Shown: positions 1-13,610 of the stretch, one piece after another
Layout: each line of letters opens with the position of its first letter
Position numbering within the stretch: the first letter of the stretch is position 1
NCBI RefSeq assembly: GCF_009914755.1
Contig: NC_060942.1
Strand: one strand, 5' to 3'
DNA from: the human T2T-CHM13v2.0 reference genome, Homo sapiens
DNA length: 64,000 nucleotides
The notes under the pieces: model-generated
What the model was told of the DNA's origin: nothing
Database searches by the model: none
Seen by the model: only the letters and a program-made list of their open reading frames with translations
Translations under genes and position numbers: made by a program

Positions 1-554
1 CTAACTTCCAAAAAATCCTAGAAATGTCATAATCCAATATCTGTACACGGTATAAATATTGAAAAGAGGAGGACTCCTGTCAATCTAAAATAACATGCGT
101 TATCTGGTTCTTATAAAGAATTTTAAGAAAAAAGAAACAAGGAAATAACTACTATCTATATTTGTAACTTTTGTAAGCAGATGCTTTTTAATATACAATT
201 AGAGTCTCTATGCTCTGCAAAACTTCTAAGGATTTAGTATTAGGTCCTCTGGTATATTTTCTACTTAATTTTTTCCCCCAATTCCATTCTAGTACTCCTA
301 GATACACTAACATTAGTCTCCAAACAATCGTTTGCTTTTTCCACACTCTACTTGTCAAATGCTAGTTGGCTTATATGGCCTCACCTATCTAAGACGTGTC
401 ACAGACAGTCCTACCCTTGAGAGATCAAGCCTGCCAATACACATGCATTTTATGAGCGCATACATGGGTTTTTATGAGCATGTGTTCACCTATCCTTTCA
501 AGGTTACAAAGGAGAAACAGGGAAGAAGAGCAAAAAAATTAAGGTCAGAATCAG

Positions 555-750
555 TATGGTGTAGTGGTTAAGAGATCAGACTGTGAGATGACACCTTAGC
601 TCTCCCCAGTACTAGCTGTGGGACCTCCGCTTAACCTCATCTACAACTGTAATCATAATAATAGGACTATTATAAAGACCAAATGCAATAAAGGGACCCG
701 AGGGCTCACCACAGTGACTGGCACATGTAGAGCTCAATGAATATTAGTTA
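555..750 (+). mobile_element. MIR SINE relic
   Basis: gtagtggttaagag start, ctagctgtg core, ctggcacat...ctcaat...attag end; boundaries approximate. Confidence 0.6.
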
Positions 751-1161
751 GTATTTTTAAAAAATTTAAGTTTTGAGAAAAATGTCCTGCCTTGGGATTT
801 GAAAAAATAAGAAACGATGAAGATATATTTTAAGAAACAAAATGGCAGCTGCTTGACTCACGTCAAAAATCAGAGAAAAAAGTACACATGACCAGTTTTC
901 TCATCTCCAGGTACCTCTTTACTAACAATCCATGAAATTTAGCAGTACTTTACTACTTTTCGTCATGTCATTTTATACTGTTTATACTCCAGAAAAGCCT
1001 GTGTAAAATAAAATAAAGCAGGTTTCAGCAAAATACTTTGATATATACAACATAAATAACTTTAGATAGGATTTTATCTTATTTTTAGACTAAGCTACAA
1101 GGCAATTCTGCTAAGACTGAGAACCACAACCTACAATTTCTCAAAACTTGTAACTCCCTTC

Positions 1162-1590
1162 TGTGGTAGATTGTGTTACTGCCCTCAGTGATTCACTGCT
1201 CTTTTTCTGAAGGCAGAACACACACCCACACTCCCACAGAGCCTCTCTGGGGTCAGGGTTTACTTTCCCAACCACACTGTAAGGCTTGGCTGTCTGACTG
1301 GCTTTGGCCAATGCAATGTAAGTAGCTGTGAAAAGTACCCGCTTCAAGAACTCTATCTAATGTGTTTCCACCCTTCCACTAATCCCCCTTTCCCCCTCTG
1401 CCAGGAGAATGGCCTGCTCCAGATGGGAAGTTTATCTGCCTGGATCCTGAAACGAAGACGACATATGGATCAGGAACTGAGTCACTGACAGACTACAGCT
1501 GACTTACAACTTAAGTAAGAAGTAAACCTTCATTATTATAAGCAGCAATATTTTGGAGTGGTCAGTGATTGGTACCTTAGCTAACAAAAG
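1162..1590 (+). mobile_element. MLT1-family MaLR LTR (ancient)
   Basis: tgtggtagatt start and gctttggccaatg motif typical of MLT1; boundaries approximate. Confidence 0.55.
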
Positions 1591-2124
1591 CCGAAGAATG
1601 CACCTTCATTCATTTTGTTTGTGTTTATTCATTAGATTCAAGATGTATTTGTTGATTATCTATTAATATTATTGCAATGTATTCTGCTAACTGGTAGAGA
1701 CACAGCTACTAATGAGCTAGATCCAATGGCTGCCCTCGTGGAGTTAATATTCACATATTAGCCTACACTCCTCTTCCCTACAAGATCTAGCAACTGCAAA
1801 TTTAACCAACAGCGGATTGCCTTAGTTCAGCATTGTCTGACTTGGGGTCATACAAGTAGGCCCAAGAAGGATCTGAAGAAAAAACAAGAAAAATCAGGGA
1901 AATTCCTGATAAGGAGAATGGGTCCCTGAAAACAAATATTAAATTTTCATTATGACAATTGCTTTATAATACAGACAACAGAGACAATGGCTAAGATCAC
2001 TTTGTTCAGGTCATCTGCTTTACCACAATTTAATTATTAAGCGAAAATACACACAGAGCCCTGGCCCAATCCTTATGATGTCAACACCAAACTGGAAATA
2101 TGGAGAGGTCAAGACTCAAATTAG

Positions 2125-2317
2125 GGATAGCATTAGGAGAAATACCTAATGTAGATGATGGGTTGATGGATGCAGCAAACCACCATGGCACGTGTATACC
2201 TATGTAATAAACCTGCACATTCCGCACATGTATCTCAGAATTTAAAGTATAATAGTAAAAAAAAAAAAAAAAGAAAAAGAAAGAAAAAGAGAATGACAAG
2301 TTAAAAAAAAAAAAAAA
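2125..2317 (+). mobile_element. 5'-truncated L1PA 3' end with two poly(A) tracts and a 14-bp TSD
   Basis: ggatagcattaggagaaatacctaatg...aaagtataat; TSD aagactcaaattag at 2111-2124 and 2316-2329. Confidence 0.9.
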
Positions 2318-2647
2318 GACTCAAATTAGCCCGAAAGGGTCAATGGCAAGGCCTCAAGTGTGTCTGAATTTGGAGGAGAAAAAAGGGATGGCCTGTGTTT
2401 ACTATGTCCAGGGAATAAACACAAGAAGGGGTCTGGTCTTCCCTGGTGTGTTCACGGACCCCAGGACTCTTCATCAAATGACTAAGCCACCTAATTCAAT
2501 TCCTTAAAATAAATATAATGCTTGTGATAATCAACTCCCATATCCACTATTGAGAGTCTAAAAAATATTATTTTCTTTATTTTTTAGCTCCTGCCCTGGC
2601 TTTCTGATCATCCTGGTAGTTTACAAATCTCTGTTTTCTTTATTTCT

Positions 2648-2648
<1 letters not shown>

Positions 2649-2687
<39 letters not shown>
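2649..2687. repeat. Poly(T) homopolymer of about 39 nt
   Basis: Read directly. Confidence 0.95.
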
Positions 2688-2694
<7 letters not shown>

Positions 2695-4029
2695 TTAAGG
2701 CCATAAAATCCATTAGAGAGAGACCACTGTGCTATGCTAGAGCACGGCACATTGCCTTATGTTTTAATAATTACAAAAGGGCAAAATCACTGAACTTTTC
2801 AAGAGTTCTTAGACAAGCCAGCTTTCTATGCAGGTTAAGTACTTTAAATCCCTTCCATTTGGATAGCACTGATTTTTATCTGAGAATAAAATATGACTCT
2901 TCTGAACGAGGTATTATATAAACTCTTGGTAATATTTTGGTAATTCTAAAAAGATCGCACTGAAGTCCTAAGAAACTGACAGTAACAGGCACGAAATCTG
3001 AGTGAATGTACAGAAGAAATCCAGTGGGCAACAGAACCTTCTGGTTCTCCCTTATGGGATTCCTTTATTCTTGGATATGAACATTATTTCACAGGATGTA
3101 CTGTTACCAAATTTACAAACTAACCGCCTGTGTTTCTCTAGGTTTGACTAAATTTAGCAAAGTATCCTCTTGTTCCACCTTTCCTGGAGAGGTAGATCTT
3201 GAATTCTGGATAAAGCTGAACTGTCTTCTAAAGACTGAGGCTTCTCTGCAGAGTGAGAGAGCTTGGCTCTGGCTGAATTCTTGCTGAGCTTGTATTTATA
3301 GACTTCTGATCCCAGGCTTTATGGGCGGAGACATGCTTTTATGAGGATAAAAACCCACATTATCCAGCGAGGAACACATGAGGGATGTAAAAGAAAAGAG
3401 GTCTTACTGTTTCCTTTACATTCTGTCTTCTACAGTCCTAGTGCCACTGCTTTAGTGGAGGTCATCATTATATCTTGCCTGGACCAGAGAAAAAGCCTGC
3501 CTAACTGGTCTTCGCCTGTCTCCAGCACTGTTCCAGCTTCTTTCCTACAAACTATTGGTTTCTGTCTCAAACGTTATTTGATATCACTCCCGCAAGTAAG
3601 ACCTCTGACTGCTCTCTATGACTCCTTCCAAATGAAAGAGTTCCCCCGACAATGGGCAAAATGATTTTTAATTGGTGCATGAACACTTTAAAACAATTAT
3701 TTAAGAAAATTAACTTAAAAATTGATGAACAGTTTAAGAAAATAACAAGAAGTACACAGAGAGGGAAAAAACTGGAAGGTGTTAACTCAAATGCCTGCTG
3801 TTGGGTAACCTACAGCATACAGTAAAACTCTTTAGAAAGCATTCAGTGAACCAAGACTGTTTACCCACCTTTTCTGTTTCAGCTATTCTCAGCTCCAGCA
3901 ACCACGACTGAATTATGCACCCCCAAAGGGAATCCCCCCAAACCCCAAAGCATCATGTTCTTGTGCACTTCTATGTTGTTTATTCATTTTTTTTAGAATT
4001 ATACTTCTTATATTTTTTATCTGATTAAT

Positions 4030-4078
4030 ATCCATCCATCCCATCCATCCATCCATCCATCCATCCATCCATCCATCC
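4030..4078. repeat. (ATCC)n tetranucleotide microsatellite
   Basis: Read directly. Confidence 0.95.
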
Positions 4079-4172
4079 AAAAGCTCATTAAAAATATCAC
4101 TTCGACTGCACAGATCTTTTTTCCCCAACCATGACTTAGGAGTCATTCCTGTGGTCTCTCTGGTCCCTTCTA

Positions 4173-4480
4173 CTTTTTTATTTTTTATTTTTAGAGACAG
4201 GGTCTCACTCTGTACTCCAGACTGTAGTGCAGTGGCACAATCATGGCTCACTGCAGCCTTGACCTTCCTGGGCTCAGGTGATCCTCCCACCTCAGCCTCC
4301 AGAGTAGCTAGGACTACAGATGCCTGCCACCATGCTCGGCTAATTTTTGTTTTTTTTTGTATAGAGGGTTTTTTTTTATCAGGTTGCTGAAGTCGGTCTC
4401 AAACTCCTAGGCTCAAGCGATCTGCCTGCCTGAGCCTCCCAAAGTGCTGGGATTACAGGTGTGAGCTGCTGTGCCCGGCC
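4173..4480 (-). mobile_element. Alu (AluJ-like)
   Basis: gagacagggtctcactctg...gtgcccggcc; flanking tctactttt duplication. Confidence 0.9.
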
Positions 4481-5394
4481 TCATCTACTTTTATCATCTT
4501 GTTTGGATGACACTAGATTGTGACATCCCTTTCTACAGAGGCTGTTTTGTATTCACATCTCACTGTCCAACACACTGCCTGACATTCAACAGGTATTCTA
4601 TAAGGTAACTATGCATTGTTGTCCTGGGCGTAGTTTTTCCTGCTCAGCAACCTCTTCATATTTATATCCATTCCTTTCAGAAACAGCTAGAATCTAGATT
4701 TAAGACATATGTGGATATAAAAGTACACCATACTTACATTACAGTAGAACTGAACATATCAAGGCCAACATTACTACCCCTCTTTCTGGGAATTTCATTT
4801 TACTTAAAGCAATTTTTGATGCAGAAGGAGTGGATTTTAATTGTTTTCTTACAATTAGAGAACAGCAGAAAATCTTTTACTCCTAAAAGGTAATTTACCT
4901 GTAATAGTTACTAATATGACACCAATAATAATTAAGAGATTTTTACTATGTGACAAGCACTATATGAAGCACATTACAAAGATAATCTCGTTTAGTTCTC
5001 ACGCAATCTTAAAAGGAGGTTCTATTACTATTCCCATTTTACAAATAAGAAAACTGAAAAGGTTAAAGGCAAGGATCTTGACCTTGTAACAAGGTAACAG
5101 AGCTGTTAGGTGGGATGGCTAGATTTGAACTTACACAAATGCCCAACTTCTATAAGACCATAATGAGATATTTTAAAAAACAGAAATTAAATTTAATTAA
5201 TAGGAGAAAAAGACAAGCATTTTAAACTTTAGTAGTTTCAAGCAAGTTGTAAGAAGCTTCCATAAGTTTTAAACAATATTAATGAAAAGGTGGTCTTTTA
5301 ACAGAATTATTCACTTGGTTTTTATACTTTTGAGTAGAGAAATATACTTCATATACTAATGAATACATATATACACACATAATAAAAATCTCTT

Positions 5395-5594
5395 TATATA
5401 TGTATGTTTGTATCTACAAATATACATATTTATATATGTATATATGTGTATATTTGTATATACACATATATAAATACGTGTATATTTATATATGTGTATA
5501 TTTGTATATACACATATATAAATAAGTGTATATTTATATATGTATATATGTGTATATGTGATATATGTGTATATGTGCGTGTGTGCACACACAA
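5395..5594. repeat. TA/TG-rich low-complexity tract with an internal duplication of about 48 bp
   Basis: tatgtgtatatttgtatatacacatatataaata(c/a)gtgtatatttata occurs twice. Confidence 0.9.
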
Positions 5595-5974
5595 TGATAC
5601 GGTTTGACTTTGTCCCCACCCAAATCTCATCTTGAATTGTAGTTCCATATTTCCCATAATCCCCACAGGTTGTGAGAGGGACCCGGTGGGAGGTAATTGA
5701 ATCATGGGGACGGTTACCCCTATGCTGCCGCTCTCACGATAGTGCGTTCTCATGAGATCTGATGGTTTTGTAAGGGGCTTTTCTCCCTTTGCTCAGTACT
5801 TCTCTCTCCTGCTGCCATGTGAAGAAGAATGTGTTTGCCTTCCCTTCTGGCAAGATTGTAAGTTTCCTGAGGCTTTCCCAGCCCTGTGGAAATGTGAGTT
5901 GATTAAACCTCTTTCCTTTGTAAATCACTCAGGCTTGGCAGTTTTTCATAGCAGCGTGAAAACAGAAAAATACA
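5595..5974 (+). mobile_element. THE1 MaLR solo LTR (THE1C-like)
   Basis: tgatacggtttg...ccccacccaaatctcatcttgaattgt start; attaaacctctttc; ends aataca. Confidence 0.9.
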
Positions 5975-6796
5975 CGTATATATATAAAGAAGTTTATTTC
6001 TTTTTACAAAGAAATACACAGGATTAGTATTAGTAAAATTATTGGAGGTATATTAATATCTAACTGTTGGGCTGAGATTAAATGAATTTGTTTGAACTTT
6101 TCACTCTCTGAAGGTCATGTTTAAAAATTCAAAACAGAATGAAACTCTCAGTTGAAATTCAAAAACATGTGACTTATTTTACTCTGCCTACCAGACTGGA
6201 AATAAGTTATCATTTTTGAGATTCAAGGCAACATTCATTCCTTATTTAAATAAACAAACTAGAAAATGTTCTCATGAGCTTTCTTATTCCTTACATCTAT
6301 AAAAGCACTCCAATTATAATCACCACTATATTATTCTTCCTTTGGAACATTTGGTGCTCTGCTAAATCAAATAAGACCTGCAGATAAATAAATTTGTGTG
6401 CCTTTTAAATATTTTTATAAAATGTGCTTTTCTTTCTTTCTAGGTGCTTTCAACTGTTTTAAAACTCTACAAGTAAGTATTCATTTTTGTCTGTCCAGTA
6501 AATGAAGACACTGAACAAGTCTTAACAGTTATCTTGGATGAAAGAGTCTAGATGGTATTTTGGAGAGTTATTACTGGCTTAGGCCTTCTGACTTACATTA
6601 GACTTTCATCTCCCTTAAAAGTCCCACAGAACTGACCATCATCTCCTTAAAACTATCGTTTTGATTGTTTTCTATTATACCTACCTCCTTAGATTTTCTG
6701 TCTCCAACTCTAGGGGCATTTCTAGCTGAAGATATTTGATTGCTCCTCTCCTTCACATTTCTCTATCTTGTAATTATATTCGAATTCATGGATTTA

Positions 6797-6990
<194 letters not shown>

Positions 6991-8751
6991 TCGTGGATTT
7001 AGTTGCCATTTTCAGAATAATTTCCAAATTGGATCCTTTCATCCATTCACTTGGTTCACCAAATCACTGTGCCCCATACTGGCCCCTCCAGGGAGAAGCC
7101 TGTCTCCCCTCCCCTGGAACATGGATCAGGGGGAGGCAGGATGGAACCATGGGATCTGTGATCTGAGGGAGGTGAGTTCTGGGTACCATGGGATGCCAGT
7201 GGATGGTGTCTAACCCATACTCTGTATGCCTGACCCTTCCTGGGTTGGTAAATACTTAATGAATTTCACCCAACGCTAGAAAAATGGGAAAGGAATTCTA
7301 GACAGGAAGAACATCTTGTAGATGGGCACCAGCATGAAATTGTAAGCTGAGATTGTAAATGACAAGTAGAGTTCTCTGTAGATAGCCTGCAAGATGCTGG
7401 GTGGTGAGGGCCTTGAGATGAAGTTGGAAAGCCAAATAAGAACCAGACACAAATGGCCTCCTATGCCTGGCAAATAAGGCTTCGGATACTGGCACATTTG
7501 CATTGCACAAATATCGTGCTAGCAACAAAGTAGGGTATACACACAAAGAGAATCGATGTCTAATTTATGCTTTTATCTATATATTACTTGCACAGTTATG
7601 TTACACACATGGATGTTCAATAGTGATTTGCTGAATGGATGATCTTACATTGAGCTCAAGATGGTTTCACAATGAGACATTTTTCACATATGCAGATAAT
7701 CTTCAAATTAGGAAGAGATTGTATTCTGGAAGTCAATTTGCAGTCAGTTGTTTGGAAGACGGTTTTTCATATAAGTAATCATACCTGTTTGTTAATGGTC
7801 TCCAGCCATAATAAACTGTATACCTGAGCACTGTTTAGGAGAAAGAAAATTCCAAATGGAAATTCCTACTGTAACTCCTACTGTGGCCGAGAAGGGTTGG
7901 GTAAGTGAAACTTATTGACTAGATGTCTACTGAAGAGGAGATAGTCATTGTTAAAAAAAGAACAAAAAAAAAAATCAATGACCATAGACATAGACACACA
8001 CACACAAACAAACACACACTCAAACATAAACTCAGAATTTGAATGTAATCTGACAAGTAGGATGAAAGGCTCTAGACTCAGTATCCATTGAATCTCAATC
8101 AGATGTAAAGTGGGTGGTGCCCAATAGCATCATGCCCTACACATTTGCCAGGGTGCATACTTGAATGCCTGAAAATGACAAAAATCTAAGAGCTAGGTAA
8201 CATACTAGATGTTTAAGTTATAAAAACATGAACAAGAAATAGCGCTTGTCCTGGAGAGAACTCACATACTGAGTGGGAGAAAGAAATACTGACAGTTACA
8301 CCCCAGCTGGTGAGGGCTATGACCCGAGGGGCAACTTGTTATCCCTTCCCACAGGCATCAAGGAAGGCCTCACAGAGAAATGTTTTGGCTGAATCCTGAA
8401 GGCGAAGTGGCAGTCCTGCAGATGGACAATTAGGTTAAGGGCTTTGCCGAAGTTACAGTATATTCAAAAGTGTTGATGCTTTTGAGGAACTGCAAATAGT
8501 TCAGTGGGGCTGCAGCACAGAAAGGGAATGTGGGGACGTGAGGGGTAGAAGAAGGCAGGAATCAGATGAGGAATAGCCTTTATAAATAAACCTTACTGTT
8601 TGTTTGATCTTTAGCACTGAGAAAAGAAGAGTATCAGGGATGGAATGAAATCCACAGAACACTGGTACTTCAGGGACAGGCAGAAATATTTAGTAAGGAT
8701 TTGTTAAATTATACTTAAGCTAGAATTCTGGCTTCAAAAAAGTATGGTTCC

Positions 8752-8900
8752 AGCTGGGCACAGTGGCTCAGGCCTGTAATCCCAGCACATTGGGAGTCTG
8801 AGGCAGGAGGATCATTTGAGCCCAAGAATTCAAGACCAGCCTGGGAAACAGGCTGGTGAGACCCTGTCTCTACAAAAACCAAAAAAAATTAAAAAAAAAT
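8752..8900 (+). mobile_element. Free left Alu monomer (FLAM-like)
   Basis: gctgggcacagtggctca...gaccctgtctctacaaaaa with no right arm. Confidence 0.8.
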
Positions 8901-10227
8901 TGTAAGGTCCAGTTCCTAAACCTACAGTCAGAAGATTCACTATAACTTGAATTGACAACCATCAGAATAACTCAACAATTTCTTATGATGACAAACATGA
9001 AATTAGAAATAAAATCATCAGGCACTCTTACATTTTTCTAAAAGATCTAGGCATATATGTATAAATTTCTGCAAATTCTCCTAACTGGATCTATATATAA
9101 CTAAGAGCTGGCAAAGTCAGGACATATTTCTGTGGATAAAGGGAGTTACTGGCATTCTGTTGTTTTTGCTTTCCATGTGTTTTTAAATCATGTCAACTAC
9201 AAATTAACCTTATTACCTATTTAGCAGAAATGAATACATATGTTCAGAAAGGCAGCATATATTTTAGGAACAGACAGTAATGGATAGTTATAGAGACAGG
9301 CAACTATTCCAATTTTGTTTTAAAACTTTTTCTACAAGCAATAAGTATATCTAAAAACCTAATGTAGATTATGTTTAATATTATATGAATTTTGAGGAAG
9401 CCCAGGATACAAGAGTCTTATCAGCCTATGACTGAAGGCCATATCCAACAGATGCATTCCACTTTGTAATGCACTGAGACCTATTCTGATCTTGGAGACA
9501 CCAATGATATGACCAGAAAACAGGAGTTCTGCCATATATTCACAGTCAACATCAATATGTAGTGTTCTCTTACATTCACAATACAAATTCAAAAGAATTA
9601 CAGTAAGACTACAGACATGATCAGAAGCAGCAGCACAAATCATTGAACTTCAAAACTTAAATGTAACAGAACTCTTGGTCAGTAATAAAGAATGTCATAA
9701 TAATTTTGACAGTGAAAATCATATCTGTTATATGCAACAGAGAAATAGCTTCCTTTTACAGAAGCTCTTAAAACTCCTCAACTAGACAAGTCCTTAAATC
9801 ACTTACATAATATTTAATTTAGCTCTTCCAACTAATCTCTTTTGATGGAGTCATTGGGCAGGCACTGAATTCTCACGATTTGTGGGATTCAAAGGGTACA
9901 GTGTGAGGAAAATTAAAGTGAACTACTGCTACATTTATTAATGCTAATAAATGAAATTAGAATGCACTATAATATTGTTAGTCTATTTATTACTTGTAAT
10001 CTAGGAAAAAAAATCCTTCTCGGAGACAGTGTGACTAATTCTGATAATATATGATGTATGTCATTTTACAAATGCAGAATCTTAATTGATAGATCTCTTT
10101 TTGGTTGATCAAAGCAATTACATTTGTTGTTAATGAAGCCACATTTGCTTTCACACAAGATGAACTTCAGAAACACAAGTATGTTTTAGTGAACTATATA
10201 GCTGTATTCCAAGCAATTTGTGGCCTA

Positions 10228-10584
<357 letters not shown>

Positions 10585-10917
10585 CTATGAGTTTTTCATG
10601 TTATGATTAAATATTTCTTTCACACAGCTCTTTCTTCTGTGCTTTTCATTTCTACAGTCTGTGCTCCATCTGCTTTACAATGTTCCTCATCAGTTTCCAA
10701 TGAAAAACAGCAGTGTGATGAGGTCTCACTATAAAACAACTAAAAAACCGACTAGACAATATAGTTGTACCATACAAGCAAAGGTGCTAACTTCATGTCT
10801 TTAATATTTTTTTAAAACGAGGGTGGTTATTCTTCCTTTTCCCTAAAGGAAGGCATTAGTTCATGAAGGTTTCAAGCCACCCTTCTTCCTTCTCTCTCTC
10901 CCTTCTAAACTCTAGAG

Positions 10918-11114
10918 CAGAGGTCAGAAAACTATGATCTCTGGGCCCAGTGTGACCTATGGCCTATTTTTCTCTAAGACTAGCTTTTACATTTTTAAAA
11001 AGTTACTTAAAATACAAACGACAAAGAAAAATGTGCTACAGGGAATATATGTGGCCCACAAAACCTAAATTATTTACTATCTGGCCCTACTGAGGAAAAG
11101 TTTGCTGACCTCTG
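10918..11114. mobile_element. MER58-family hAT-Charlie MITE
   Basis: Terminal inverted repeats cagaggtcagaaact and agtttgctgacctctg; internal tatttactatctggccc. Confidence 0.85.
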
Positions 11115-12665
11115 GTTTAGTGGTGGTAGACCAGAGAGAGGGTGGATTTTCTTCCAATGCTGCCCTGTGGGAATGTCCTGGAAAAACAATCTGTCCGCTT
11201 TCAGAGAGGCAAAGTACAACTTGTGAAGAAGGATGCTCTGGCCATAGGTTGGGCCCTCAGAACTATTTTTAGCTCAGACATCTGGACAGGAATGTATAAA
11301 GAAAGAGACTACAATGTGGAAATAATCCACATTTAAGGTTTGGGCAAATAGTTGGTAGTATTCAAACCTCTGAATTCTGGTGATACAAAATATCATATCC
11401 CCAAGCTTACCCAACATTCTTTCAATTCAAAACTGACATTTGCAGCAAGCATAGATGTAGTTACGCTTTTCTTAGTTCAGGCTTCATCTCTCTGTCTGAA
11501 ACTAGCTTTTAAAACCTTTTGCAGTTATCTCTAGAGTGATTTTGATTTATTCGACAGTTGTTTAACGTTTACCATGTTTTGGCAATGGTCTAGGTGTCTT
11601 ACATATGTTCACTCATTTGATCCTCTTAGTACATGTGATACTAAGTTTTATTATCCCCACTTAAGAGATGAGAAAACTGAGTTTCAAATAACCCAAGTAA
11701 GTCGCATATGGTCCCAGATCTATTAAGAAAAGGATTCTGACTCCAAGTGTATTAGATTCCAAAGCCTGGCTCTCTTCACAATCATCTATGAGTAAATCAA
11801 GACTGAGTTACAAGGTTGGATTTAAAGGTAAGGAACTAGATAAACGAGCTTGAGCTTGGAGGGACAGGAATGTGAGGAATGCTTAAAATAACAAGGAGAC
11901 AAAGGGAAGGAAAAGGTCAGTAACTTCATACTCACTGTGGGTCAGGCACTATACCAGACTCTTGATAAGTGTTTTCTCACTATCAATGGTGCCTAAGAAA
12001 CCCATGAAAAATGTTTTATCATCATCTCTTTAGGTGGAGAAACAGGTTGAGTAACTTGCCCAAGGTCACACAGCTAGTATATGACTAAAATGAGAATCAA
12101 AACCATGAGTGTCTGACTTCATAGCACCTGATTTAAAATTTATGCTAATTGAGATACTCTGATCCTGGCAACACTCTCCCTGAATATTTCCTTATCAAGA
12201 ACTTCAGCTGGCAGGTGAAGCCACTCACATACATACGCTGATGGAAAAGCTCCTCCTCTTAGGTGTGTGCAATGTGATGCGGAAAGCGAGGTAGGTATAG
12301 AGACTTCGAACCCGCCAGAGTGGGATGTACATTTGGTGTATCACAAACTATAAAATGTTCAGGGGGAAATCAGCTTTAGCTCTGAACCATCTATGGGCTG
12401 GCGACAAAGCGCCATTTTGGGAGAGTCCACAGCAGGAGCAAAGGCATCAGAATGCTGCTTTCTCTTGTCAAGATGGAGTATTTCAAATCATCCATACAAA
12501 ACTTGAGAAAAAACACCTTGATCTTGCACAAATGTGCTCCATTTTCAATTTTATAGAATTTGAGTTATTTACGGAATATCTCAGAAAAGGCCCTCAATGA
12601 TGCAACAGATGTGAAAGCCCTTGAACTGTTAAAATGCTATACACGACAAAAAGAGGGATTTAGTC

Positions 12666-12950
12666 CCCTGCACTTTGGGAGGCCAAGGCGGGTAGATCAT
12701 AAGGTCAGGAGTTCAAGACCAGCCTGGCCAATATGGTGAAACCCCATCTCTACTAAAAAATACAAAAATCAGCCGGATGTGGTGGTGGGCGCCTGTAGTC
12801 CCAGATATTTATTTGGGAGGCTGAGGCAGGAGAATCGCTTGAACTCGGGAGGTGAAAGTTGCAGTGAGACAAGATCGCATCACTGTACTCCAGCCCGGGC
12901 GACAGAAAGACTCTGTCTAAAAGGAAAAAAAAAAAAAAAAAAAAAAAAAA
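12666..12950 (+). mobile_element. Alu (AluS-like), 5'-truncated
   Basis: cactttgggaggccaaggcggg...poly(A); flanks gatttagtc and gatttattc. Confidence 0.9.
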
Positions 12951-13424
12951 GATTTATTCAGAGAAATTTTAATGCTTTCACACTAAAAAATAAAATATGT
13001 TTTTTCCAGGCCATGTTTAATTGTATAACTACCAAGCACAACAGAGTGGGGTGAACTATGAATAAGTATGCATTCTTATTCAATTACCAAAGCTGTCCTT
13101 AAAATGGGGGAAAATAGATGGCAAGTATATTGATGACAGTGAATAAATGTTTTTACCCTAAGGGTGAAAAATGTTTTATTAGAAGTCTAAATTACACACA
13201 AAAAGGTAATTGAATCTTATGTTTAAGCACTGTCTTTTACCTGGTGACATATTCTTTGATACTCCTGGATATATTACATAATAGCTCAGGGTGACAAATA
13301 TAAGAATATAGAGGAATTTCGTTCATATAACTGGAGATAAAAGAGGCATGTGGGCTTTGCTCATGCTACTCCCTATCTGGGAAGAGCCATTCTACTCTGA
13401 CTTCTTCTATAACTCCAACTGTAT

Positions 13425-13610
13425 CCAGAGGCTGCAAATAAAATTGCATTTTGATTGGCTAGCAGACTTTTAAATATATTCAAATAGGTCACCAACATTT
13501 AGACATAGGTGTATCTCACCTGAGAATAACAAGATCTGGCAAAAGAGATCTTACATTCTGACAACAATTTGCTACAGCTGAGAGCAGTTGTCCCCTCTGG
13601 ACAAGGAAAG
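13425..13610. mobile_element. MER102-like hAT DNA transposon relic
   Basis: ccaacattta...gatctggc...gctgagagcagttgtcccc resembles the recalled MER102 consensus. Confidence 0.45.

Noticed and set aside
3913-4390. ORFs of 125 aa and 79 aa, and similar ORFs at 6740, 12779, 16606, 17911, 42033, 44740, 47106, 53333, 53890 and 54639
   Set aside because: These are translations of Alu or microsatellite sequence, with no evidence of protein coding.
5356-6027. Cluster of overlapping Y/I/H/T-rich ORFs
   Set aside because: Artefact of a TA/TG repeat with few stop codons plus the THE1 LTR.
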